A DNA stretch of 64,000 nucleotides from a virus (taxonomy: Duplodnaviria > Caudoviricetes), in IMG/VR virus record IMGVR_UViG_3300031420_000495, positions 32,001-96,000 of that record; one strand, given 5' to 3'. This document shows positions 56,149 to 64,000 of this stretch, piece by piece. The stretch's first letter is position 1. The number at the start of each line of letters is the position of its first letter. The position numbers and the translations under genes were made by a program. The notes below the pieces were generated by a model, which was given only the letters and a program-made list of their open reading frames with translations, was not told the origin of the DNA and ran no database searches.

Positions 56149-56756
56149 TAGTCGTTTCCGAACAAATACTTGATCGTTGCTTTGACCTCACTCTTGCGGA
56201 CTTGCATCATGTAGTACTCTTTGCAGGCGACCATGATTTCATTCTTCGAATGGATCGCATGGGAAAGATCAGTGTCTTTGTACTTTGCCAATTCCAGATA
56301 ATGGCGAATGTCTTCTTCATCTTCGAGGTCTGTCATGTGGATGTATAGATCATCGATAGTTGGAGACCAAACAAATCTGAAATCGCCTATTGGGAATACA
56401 GCATAAACCATCCCGTATTCCATCGCAGTCCCGTAATTGCCTGTTGTAAAAACCGTGTTGCTTCGTGCTTTGATGCCGAACTTCTTGTCGAAGAAGTCGT
56501 CATAGATTTCGTGAACCCAGCGTGCGGTATTCACTGGCGATCGATTTGTACGAGCAGCTTTCCTTACGAAGAAACTGTTCGGGTCACTTGCCGTATTGTA
56601 CCGGCGCGTACCACGGTACATCAGTTGCTGTCCGCACTGTTCGAGAAATGGCCCGCAATCGCGCTTAACCTTGTCAAGCGCTTCTTGCATAACGGGATCA
56701 GCTTCACTAATCTCGTTGTCATCGTAATCTTCTGCGAGCAGTTCTGCAACTTTCAT
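56148..56756 (-). CDS. ART-fold-like protein, paralog A, leader MKVAELLAED
   Basis: Same motif string as the neighbour (KRDC..FL, YRG, FG.KARS, AVFPIG.F.FVWS, NEIM..CK.YY). Confidence 0.6.
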   Translation of the reverse strand: MKVAELLAEDYDDNEISEADPVMQEALDKVKRDCGPFLEQCGQQLMYRGTRRYNTASDPNSFFVRKAARTNRSPVNTARWVHEIYDDFFDKKFGIKARSNTVFTTGNYGTAMEYGMVYAVFPIGDFRFVWSPTIDDLYIHMTDLEDEEDIRHYLELAKYKDTDLSHAIHSKNEIMVACKEYYMMQVRKSEVKATIKYLFGND

Positions 56757-57415
56757 CGATTGTTCATCCTTGCCAAGCGCTTGCTCAGGGATTTCTTGCG
56801 GGTGCGTTTCGATTTCAGAATCCGCACGATTTTCTTTTTACGGCTTGCGATCTTGAGCTTCATGCGAGTTGATGCTTTGGCACGTGGCTTGAAAGCAGTC
56901 TTCATGTTGGCAACGACGCGACCCTTGCGGATACCCGACGTTACTCGGAAGCCACGCTTGATCTTCCCGCCTGAACGACGGAAAGCCATCTTCACTCCTT
57001 CTTCAACCGCCTCACCATCTTGCTCTATTGTATCATCATCTTGTTGCTCTACGTCATCTTGTTCAACGCCGATTTCTTTCAGCGTCGCAAGGTCAAGAAC
57101 AACACCGTTCGGATACACTTCATCACCGGTGCGTGTAAGTACGATCGAATCGTCAGTCGGCTCAACCAATATGATCTTGCTGTTTTGATCTTTGATTTCA
57201 CCTGGTGATCCGTCTTCTGCGATGTCGAAAAACTTATGCAGCTGGTCGATGTCGAGCTTCAATTGGAAGCCATCACAAGACAGAATCATGCCGTGTTGTG
57301 CGAGGTGGCCGATGGACCAACCATCAGGTGTGGCTGGTCCAATATCGTCAGGGGCTTCAACCGATTCCGGTTCAACCCCTTCAACCTCGTCATTGACTTC
57401 CTTGAGCAGGTTCAT
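56753..57415 (-). CDS. Acidic-N / very basic-C protein, possibly prohead core gp68-like
   Basis: Leader MNLLKEV; K/R-rich tail after VEEG (RVTSG.RKGRVV...RKKSLSKRLARMN). Confidence 0.6.
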   Translation of the reverse strand: MNLLKEVNDEVEGVEPESVEAPDDIGPATPDGWSIGHLAQHGMILSCDGFQLKLDIDQLHKFFDIAEDGSPGEIKDQNSKIILVEPTDDSIVLTRTGDEVYPNGVVLDLATLKEIGVEQDDVEQQDDDTIEQDGEAVEEGVKMAFRRSGGKIKRGFRVTSGIRKGRVVANMKTAFKPRAKASTRMKLKIASRKKKIVRILKSKRTRKKSLSKRLARMNNR

Positions 57416-59430
57416 TACCGATCGTCCCCTGCATCGTCATCATTGCCGGCAGCCTGTCCGCCACGCTGGATAGTATTCTTCGCCAGCAAGTCTTGCAGAC
57501 GAGTCATCAGCGTGAAGACTTGAGCGCGGTTGCTCAGCGTTGCTTTGCGTTCACGAAGTGCGGTGATGATCTGGGTACGACGGCGATTCAGGACATCGTC
57601 AGGAATGCCGAGTGCTGCGACCAACGAAGTAACAGCCTGTGCGTACTGGTCATTGCCGACGTCAACATCTTCATCGACCTTGCGCGAAGCCATCTTCGAC
57701 AGTTGGCTGAAGCGTGGATCAGTGTCTTCCATCACGCGATCTGTCGAGTAAGCATGAACAGTGATGTCGTCACCGTGCTTGTCCATCCATTTTTCCATGG
57801 CTTCTTGGTTCTTGAATTTCTTTGACCATGGCGTGGACTTCATGCCCTTGACACCGCGAACTTCGATCGGTACGTCTTTGTCTTTTGGTGGCTTTGGTTC
57901 TTTCTTCGCTTCATCAACTGGTTCCATCGCGTCCTGGCCTTTGATGCCCATGCGAGTTGCCAGCAAACGAAGTGCACGTTCCAGAGTCGAATCCTGTTCG
58001 ATCAGCTCAGCAGTTTTGTAAATGCCGGTGCCGACAGCAGCTGGACCGCTGGTGACAACCATTGCTTCTGGCAGGCCAAGTTGAAGCAGAACGGATTCCA
58101 GAAGTTTTTGGATGAACGAGCCGCGCTTGGCTTTTGCTTCGTTGATTTCTTTGGTCGTGTAGTTGATTTCTTTGGCTTCTTGAACTCCAGCATCGTCGTC
58201 CTTGATCGTCAGACCTTTTGCTGCAGCCAGACCTTCGTACAGCGTGCTGAACGCGCGACGCACTGCGACCTTCTTGCGAAGCATGTCAGCAGCGGAAGCG
58301 ATCGCTTCGGAAACTTCAGGCGTGTTCATGTAACGTCCTGGGACGCCGCACATGAAGTGGAAAGCCACCAGGCGTTTTGCCCAAGGCAGTTTCTGTTTTG
58401 CGGCCATCGCACGTGCTTGGCTGTCAAGCGGAATATTGAATCCGTCCTTGACGCCATCGCGGTCTTCACCTGGGGCTTCTTGCAGAACTCGTTCGAGGAA
58501 CCTGGTACCAATTGTCATTTGCTTCTCCTGTTTGTTGTTTTCGTTTAGAACCGGTCCATCCGGGATCATGCCTTCAGCAGCCGCTGCAGGTTCGGCTGGT
58601 TCAGCCTTTTTCTTTTTGCGTTTCTTCGGAGCATCAGGATCGTCATCATCGTCGTCCTCGTCCGAATCTTCATCCTCGTCGTCGCCTTCTTCATCTTCAT
58701 CTTCATCGTCGTCCTCGTCATCAGCACGAGGCTCGAGAGGTTCTTCTTCATCAGGTTCGTCCGCAGAGGTCTTTGCTTTGCCAGTACCAGGATCGACTTC
58801 AGGCGGAACATCGTCTCCACCGGCGATCACGTCGTATTGGTCATCAGCGAAATCTTCATCATCTTCTGGATCGTCGAGTTCCAGGTTCGATGTGTCATCA
58901 ATTTCCAGGTCTTGGTCCGGGTCATCAGGCACACCGTCGCCATCAGCATCGTCGCTCTTCGGCCACACAACGTCGACGATGTCGAACTCAGTGGTGAGGC
59001 GGTTGATTGCTTCTTCGATGTCGTCTTCGAGACCCAACATGTTCTTCATGGCTTCTTCGAACTTGTCAGCTTGCTCAGCATTGACGTACACCTTGACGAT
59101 CTTGCCGTCATCGGTTTCGAGACCGAACGGAACGGTATCAACTTCGTCGTTCAGCTCTTCAGCGCGCTCGATGTAGTCGGCAACGTCAGAGCCAGTAACG
59201 GAACCGCTGGCGTTGATGGTATTGCGCATGAGGTTGAAGCCGATGTCGCTAGCAGCGGCAGCACGGTCGACAACGTCTGTCTTACCAGCATCGGAGCCAT
59301 CGGAAGTCTTCAGTGCCTGTTGCACGTTGAATTCGCGGATCATGCTGAAACCGGCATCCTTGGCTGGAGCCGGTTGCGTTTCTTGCTTTGGCGCGTCTGG
59401 TTTTTCTGCGATGTCCTTGAGTAGGCTCAT
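57415..59430 (-). CDS. Large acidic multi-segment protein (putative prohead core/internal protein)
   Basis: Leader MSLLKDIAE, a long D/E tract and many (V/L/I)xE(A/D/S) sites. Confidence 0.75.
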   Translation of the reverse strand: MSLLKDIAEKPDAPKQETQPAPAKDAGFSMIREFNVQQALKTSDGSDAGKTDVVDRAAAASDIGFNLMRNTINASGSVTGSDVADYIERAEELNDEVDTVPFGLETDDGKIVKVYVNAEQADKFEEAMKNMLGLEDDIEEAINRLTTEFDIVDVVWPKSDDADGDGVPDDPDQDLEIDDTSNLELDDPEDDEDFADDQYDVIAGGDDVPPEVDPGTGKAKTSADEPDEEEPLEPRADDEDDDEDEDEEGDDEDEDSDEDDDDDDPDAPKKRKKKKAEPAEPAAAAEGMIPDGPVLNENNKQEKQMTIGTRFLERVLQEAPGEDRDGVKDGFNIPLDSQARAMAAKQKLPWAKRLVAFHFMCGVPGRYMNTPEVSEAIASAADMLRKKVAVRRAFSTLYEGLAAAKGLTIKDDDAGVQEAKEINYTTKEINEAKAKRGSFIQKLLESVLLQLGLPEAMVVTSGPAAVGTGIYKTAELIEQDSTLERALRLLATRMGIKGQDAMEPVDEAKKEPKPPKDKDVPIEVRGVKGMKSTPWSKKFKNQEAMEKWMDKHGDDITVHAYSTDRVMEDTDPRFSQLSKMASRKVDEDVDVGNDQYAQAVTSLVAALGIPDDVLNRRRTQIITALRERKATLSNRAQVFTLMTRLQDLLAKNTIQRGGQAAGNDDDAGDDR

Positions 59431-61742
59431 TCTGTATCCTTGTCGTCATCGTCTTTCGGACGAGGGAATTTCGCCTTCTTGACGTCTGGGTTGCGTTTAC
59501 GCTTCTCGGTCTTGCGGGAACGGTTGATGCCGGTGCTTGACTCTGGGTCTTTTGTATGTGACACGACATCGACTGCAGCGCCCTGTTTTGCATCAGCGGC
59601 AGCAGCGTCTTCTTCCTCGCTTTCAACTAGCGAATTGATGTCAGCAAGCAATTTCTTTTCCTGCACCATTTGGTCGTTCTCTCCATTTGCGTTTAGTAGC
59701 AGCTCGTCCTGAATTGCTTTCAAGCGGACGAACAGCGGTGATGATGGAACAAATTGTTGAACGTAGTAATACAGTTTCGAAATGATTTTGACCTGTTGGT
59801 CGTGAGTCAGGCTTTCGAAAGAAAATACACCACGCAGCAGGATATTTATGCGATCTACGTTGAGTCCTTCAAACTGTTGCAGAAGATGCATTGTTTTGTA
59901 GTGATCTGCCCATTCAATTGGAACATCTCTACCAAAACTCAAATCCATGTGGAGGTATCGCGGTTGCGATGGTGCAGCATGACGAACGACCTTGAAAATC
60001 TGGCTGGATGCTTTCGGCCCAATCAGCTTCTTGACTGCTGGTGAAGAAGCGTGCCAGATTGGATAACCCCAGAAGTTCAGCTGCGACATCTGCGCATCCC
60101 AGCGTGTCATCTTGTAGTGGGTCTTGTCTTTGAGCAAACGCAAGCCTTTGGTGTCATCCATCTTGTAAATGATGACCGCCATCAATACGGTTGCGAAGTA
60201 GATGTTCATCAACGTGTAGGCGTCCTTCTTGTACAGGGCCTTGTCCGTATCGATTTTCTTTTCGAGAAGTGCTTCACCAACCATCGGCACATCGGTTTCC
60301 TGGTCGTGAACTGCTTTTGCCAGGTGGCCGTAGATCGTCGCGATGACCTGGGCAATCGTCTTTGCCTTCTTCACCTTGTCAAACAGTTCAACAATGTTCC
60401 GACGGGACTCAGCGAACACCAGCAAAGTACGCTTGTAGATTTCCTCGGAGATGCCGATCGTCTTTCCGTTCTTCAGTTTGAGCTTGAAGTTGTCTTTGTT
60501 TTCTTTGAAGTCGTTCAGCAGTGCACGCATGTCTTTCGCAGCTTGCTGGATCAGTGCTAGCATTTTACGCTTCGTGCCCAGGAAATCCTCGATCGAGAGG
60601 TTGGCAGCGAAAGCTTTGACGGTGTCGACTGGCGTATCACCCTTGACAGCTGCGAAGGCTTTCTTCGCGGTCGATCCTCGGGCGAGCTCTTTGTTGCCGA
60701 GCAAGTCGGCGATCTGAATCTTCATGTTGCCAACAATGCCACCACGTGCTTCGAGCGGTGCATTGCCGTCCAGCGTCTTGACGACACCTGAAATCTGATT
60801 GCGGATTGCGTGGTTGAAAGCGTTGATCGTGGTGAACGCGTCCTTGTCCACGATCTTGATCAGGTCACTCGTTGTTGGGTCGCGTAGCACGACGCCTTCG
60901 ATGCCGACGTCCTCGTCGGCCGAGATGTCTTTGTCACCGAGTGCTGGTTTGATCTTGCTGATGTAGTTGTCGAGCAGTTCTTTCTTGATCGGGAGCTTGA
61001 AGCCGGTCATTACCTTTGCGGCGACTTCAGCTTTCTTGTCCTTGGCAACTGGACGATCAGCAGCAGGAATTGTGGCCAGAGAATTCTGGAGCAGTTCAAG
61101 ATTCGTCAGCTCAGGCGCGAACTCGAGCCCTGCTGGTTCCCGGAGATATTCTTCGAGCGAAGCCAGGATTTTCTCGAGGTCAATGTCTTTCAGGTTCGAT
61201 GGGTCGACGCGCTGTGCGCCAGTGAATTGCCACGTGATTTCCTTGGTGACAATCTCCAGGTCTTCGCCGTCAGTCGTCTCGATCGTGTCGACACGGACCT
61301 TGACGGATTGCCCGCCGAGAGTTGTGGTGAGTTGATCGGCGATAACGTCTGGCGTGCCTTCAACACCACGAAGGAATGCGATGTAGGATTTGTCGTCAGC
61401 ACCGTAGGTCACGGCATTTGGTTGACGACCGTAAAGGATTTCCATTTCGACCATCTGGCCGTTCTGCATAACGCGGCGGATGTCTTCGAGTTTTTCTTCA
61501 AGAGCAGCGTGAGCAGCACGAAAGCCGTTGTACGCTGCGAAGCGAGGATACTCAGCTTCGGAAAAGAACTTGCTTGCGCCCTTGCGCTTGCCTTCTCGTG
61601 ACGTAAACAGTTTGCCTTCGTCATCCAGTCCAAGCCAAAGATTAGCACCATCAAGCTTTTCTGACGCGTGCATCGTGCCGATGTTGCGCACTGCCTTAAT
61701 GAAGGCTGCTAACGGAAGATCTTCGATGTGTGTAATTGACAT
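59427..61742 (-). CDS. ATP-grasp/RNA-ligase-superfamily nucleotidyltransferase fused to an unknown C-terminal region
   Basis: Motif I EKLDG, III EMEILY, IV EGVVLR, V KIVDK; N-terminal ITHIEDL. Confidence 0.7.
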   Translation of the reverse strand: MSITHIEDLPLAAFIKAVRNIGTMHASEKLDGANLWLGLDDEGKLFTSREGKRKGASKFFSEAEYPRFAAYNGFRAAHAALEEKLEDIRRVMQNGQMVEMEILYGRQPNAVTYGADDKSYIAFLRGVEGTPDVIADQLTTTLGGQSVKVRVDTIETTDGEDLEIVTKEITWQFTGAQRVDPSNLKDIDLEKILASLEEYLREPAGLEFAPELTNLELLQNSLATIPAADRPVAKDKKAEVAAKVMTGFKLPIKKELLDNYISKIKPALGDKDISADEDVGIEGVVLRDPTTSDLIKIVDKDAFTTINAFNHAIRNQISGVVKTLDGNAPLEARGGIVGNMKIQIADLLGNKELARGSTAKKAFAAVKGDTPVDTVKAFAANLSIEDFLGTKRKMLALIQQAAKDMRALLNDFKENKDNFKLKLKNGKTIGISEEIYKRTLLVFAESRRNIVELFDKVKKAKTIAQVIATIYGHLAKAVHDQETDVPMVGEALLEKKIDTDKALYKKDAYTLMNIYFATVLMAVIIYKMDDTKGLRLLKDKTHYKMTRWDAQMSQLNFWGYPIWHASSPAVKKLIGPKASSQIFKVVRHAAPSQPRYLHMDLSFGRDVPIEWADHYKTMHLLQQFEGLNVDRINILLRGVFSFESLTHDQQVKIISKLYYYVQQFVPSSPLFVRLKAIQDELLLNANGENDQMVQEKKLLADINSLVESEEEDAAAADAKQGAAVDVVSHTKDPESSTGINRSRKTEKRKRNPDVKKAKFPRPKDDDDKDTE

Positions 61743-61767
61743 TGTAAAGCCTTGTGGTTTATCGCTC

Positions 61768-61775
61768 TATTTATG
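61768..61775 (-). promoter_or_regulatory. Late promoter CATAAATA directly after a terminator
   Basis: 26 nt upstream of ATG 61742. Confidence 0.7.
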
Positions 61776-61808
61776 AAAAAGGGGCAAAGACTTGCGTCAA
61801 TGCCCCTT
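61776..61808 (-). terminator. Rho-independent terminator
   Basis: Minus strand AAGGGGCA-TTGAC-GCAA-GTCTT-TGCCCC followed by TTTTT. Confidence 0.85.
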
Positions 61809-61828
61809 AGCACCTTGCCAAGTTCTTG

Positions 61829-62179
61829 TTACTTAGTAGTGAGTTTCTTCAGTGCGCTCTTCAGTTTCTTTGCATCAGCATCGGACAATGGTGTCTTCAA
61901 CTCGATGGTGTAATCTGCACCGGTTTCACCGTGCCGCCAGTTCTGGCTTTTAGAAACAGAAACTTTCTGGATTGCTTTGCTGACTTTCTTGATTTCGGAG
62001 CCCTTGATAAAACCTTCTGGAAAATCGAATTCAATCGAGAAGAAAATCTCTTCTGGATCAACTTCAACGCCGAAGATGCGGGTTCCGTTGTGGTTGATGC
62101 CATCAGCAATGGCTTTTGCGAGTTCATCAATCGAGAATTGTGCAGGCTCTTTTGCTTCGAGCAGTTCAGTGACTTTCAT
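61829..62179 (-). CDS. Hypothetical protein with leader MKVTELLEA
   Basis: 116 aa; TAATG coupling. Confidence 0.8.
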   Translation of the reverse strand: MKVTELLEAKEPAQFSIDELAKAIADGINHNGTRIFGVEVDPEEIFFSIEFDFPEGFIKGSEIKKVSKAIQKVSVSKSQNWRHGETGADYTIELKTPLSDADAKKLKSALKKLTTK

Positions 62180-62667
62180 TAGGTGAGCCCGTTGTAGATG
62201 TGGTCAAAGACATCGTCTTCGTGCGCGTCCATGAACTTTTCGATTTCTGCGTACTTGAAGCCCTGATTTTGGAGGAAGTCTTCGAACTTGTCCATCAGAT
62301 ATTCAGCACCGTCTTCCGGACCATCTTCACGAGCAGTTTCGTGGTAGTCTTGGCTGATTGCGTAATCTGTGAATGCATCCATCAGAGATTGGAATTCCTC
62401 TGTGTTAGCACCGCCGGACGGTAATTTCTTCGATGTATCTTCCTTGACTTTCGTAGGCTTGTAGTTTGACAAAAACTCGTCAACGGCGTTATCATCCAAA
62501 TTTGCGTCCATAGCATATTCGATGTATTTGTTGATTTCGTCGTCGCCACACATATCCGGCGTGAACCCACCTGACCATTCCTTAAAGTCAGCAAGGACTG
62601 CAGCTTTTTGCGCTGCAGTAAGCTTTTTCGCTTCGTGCAGCGCAGTAAGCTCTTGAATCAGTTTCAT
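62179..62667 (-). CDS. Acidic hypothetical protein with leader MKLIQELTALHEA
   Basis: 162 aa in two ~60-aa acidic halves split at VKED; SD AAGGA. Confidence 0.8.
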   Translation of the reverse strand: MKLIQELTALHEAKKLTAAQKAAVLADFKEWSGGFTPDMCGDDEINKYIEYAMDANLDDNAVDEFLSNYKPTKVKEDTSKKLPSGGANTEEFQSLMDAFTDYAISQDYHETAREDGPEDGAEYLMDKFEDFLQNQGFKYAEIEKFMDAHEDDVFDHIYNGLT

Positions 62668-62825
62668 TGTGTTTCCTTATCAGGGTTAGATAGATTATAT
62701 ACCGTTCCCCTGATCTTGCACAGTAATTCTCGACCTCTGGCTAAAGATTCTTGCGCGAGCGGATTCGGCTTGTCTTCTTTCATGTGCCGAAGAAGACGTT
62801 CGAAGTCAGAGGCCGAGAGTTCCAT
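62664..62825 (-). CDS. 53-aa ORF absent from the track (MELSASDFERLLRHMKEDKPNPLAQESLARG...), DUF1778/TacA C-terminus-like
   Basis: Manual translation; TGATG overlap upstream and ATGA overlap downstream. Confidence 0.6.
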   Translation of the reverse strand: MELSASDFERLLRHMKEDKPNPLAQESLARGRELLCKIRGTVYNLSNPDKETQ

Positions 62826-63112
62826 CAGTTGGCCATGTGCGGTTCGCCGGCAGCACCGTTGGAAACTTTCGCTTCGCTGGTTCCGGTTTCTGCGGCTTCG
62901 GCTTCTTTCTCAGCCAGTTCCTTCTGAACAGCTTCGGTGATCTGCTGGCCGACTTGCTGCAGTGCAGCCTGTGTCTTCATGACTTCGAGTTGCTGATCCT
63001 GGAGTTGAGCCGAGAACTTGTTGTAGATGAACACAGCCTGTTGAACGCCCGGCGAGAACTGGTCGATGTCGTAGCTTGTGCCGTCTAGGTTGATGGTGCG
63101 TGGTTGTTCCAT
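62825..63112 (-). CDS. Small coiled-coil hypothetical protein
   Basis: I.LDG..Y.IDQ.S...Q; SD AGGAG. Confidence 0.8.
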   Translation of the reverse strand: MEQPRTINLDGTSYDIDQFSPGVQQAVFIYNKFSAQLQDQQLEVMKTQAALQQVGQQITEAVQKELAEKEAEAAETGTSEAKVSNGAAGEPHMAN

Positions 63113-63156
63113 GTGTAACTCCTATTGATTTATAATGTGTTTGATGCTGCGGTTTC

Positions 63157-63164
63157 TATTTATC
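63157..63164 (-). promoter_or_regulatory. Late promoter GATAAATA overlapping the helicase stop
   Basis: Upstream of ATG 63112. Confidence 0.65.
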
Positions 63165-64000
63165 AATTTTTCTCTTGATATTTTGCGGTCAGATCATCCA
63201 GAGATTTCTTCGGTGCACCAGGCACAACGCCTTGCATTTGCATCGGGCTCTTGCGCTTGAGGTTAAGTTCAGTACCCAAATCGAAGATGCGAAGGGAGTT
63301 CTTATCCCAACCCATTGTGACTTGTTTCGTAGTTGCGTCCGAGTTACGAGCCTTTGGGAATTCGAAGCGGTATTCACCAGCTTCGTGCATAGCGTCGGTC
63401 TTGACGGTTGCGATCATCAAGTCAGATGTGTTGGTCTTGGACGAACCACCTTGTACATTACCTTGGTGCATCTTGTCGCCGTTGTTGATCTTCTCGGTTG
63501 CACCCTTCTCAAGCTGCGAAGCTGAAATCTGGATCGAGTCATAGTCGAAGCCGATGGCTCGAAACTCTTCGGACACAGCTTTGTCTTTCAAGAACATATT
63601 GCCGTCCAGTCCCTTCTGATCCGAGCCCATGATGTCGAGGTAGTCGCCGACGTTGAAGTCGGGGCGGAAACCGAAACGGGATTCCAGTTCACGGAGGTAC
63701 GCTAGCATGTCATTGGCCGTTGAACCTTCACGCAGTCGTTTGATGAAGAAGCGTGCGCCACTCTGCTCGTGAAACTTGGAAATCTCGTCGGCCACTTGAG
63801 CCTTGTTCAGATTCACCATGCCAGAGTGGATGCGAGCAATCATCTGGTCCATACGCAGTGCGACTTTCTTGTCTCGCATTTCCAGCGAGAAGTATACACC
63901 ATTCAGACCTTGCGCCAGAAGGTTTCGTGCGAGGTTCGCCATCGACACGGATTTACCACCGCCGGATGGGGCCAAGAACATAACAAGTTCTTGTCGGCCG
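63163..64000 (-). CDS. gp41: Replicative helicase (T4 gp41/DnaB family), 5' end beyond window
   Basis: Walker A APSGGGKS, SLEM, DYLD, SASQ, SSK.NTSD and KARN motifs. Confidence 0.92.
   Translation of the reverse strand, partial: GRQELVMFLAPSGGGKSVSMANLARNLLAQGLNGVYFSLEMRDKKVALRMDQMIARIHSGMVNLNKAQVADEISKFHEQSGARFFIKRLREGSTANDMLAYLRELESRFGFRPDFNVGDYLDIMGSDQKGLDGNMFLKDKAVSEEFRAIGFDYDSIQISASQLEKGATEKINNGDKMHQGNVQGGSSKTNTSDLMIATVKTDAMHEAGEYRFEFPKARNSDATTKQVTMGWDKNSLRIFDLGTELNLKRKSPMQMQGVVPGAPKKSLDDLTAKYQEKN

Noticed and set aside
58620-58760. TCA/TCG/TCT trinucleotide-rich stretch as a microsatellite
   Set aside because: It simply encodes the poly-Asp/Glu tract of the 57415-59430 protein.
1-64000. 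tRNA/rRNA genes and stop-codon reassignment
   Set aside because: Intergenic gaps are short and show no cloverleaf or T-loop motif I could identify. All conserved genes translate intact under code 11.

Overview
This 64 kb window comes from a large T4-superfamily jumbo myophage. Gene content and order resemble Rak2/GAP32/XacN1-type phages; this is from recognition, not a database search. It holds the portal gene (cut by the left edge), a tape-measure candidate with a divergent tail-chaperone pair, a Holliday-junction resolvase, gp46/gp47 and the gp55 late sigma factor. A long baseplate and tail-fibre operon (17.5-48.9 kb, including 2758-aa and 1356-aa proteins) is interrupted by a 3 kb island of small early genes. 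Then follow a spanin pair, an M23-GH108 lysin and a YiiX-type amidase, and a minus-strand block with a 2OG-oxygenase-like protein, an exonuclease, tandem ADP-ribosyltransferase-like genes, a ligase-fold protein and a gp41/DnaB helicase (cut by the right edge). No tRNA, rRNA or CRISPR array was seen. Best signals: (1) about 12 unrelated late genes share an MKxxELLE(A/D) leader resembling the T4 capsid-targeting/prohead-protease signal, and their cargo includes three ART-like toxins and a ligase-fold enzyme, suggesting a packaged, injected effector set. (2) Four early promoters sit inside hairpins that hide the downstream ribosome-binding site in read-through mRNA. (3) The portal gene appears to start at ATC. 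(4) A G/GT-type -1 frameshift site lies in the gp26-like gene. (5) A 36-bp intergenic element occurs three times. (6) About 17 NNTAAATA late promoters were found.
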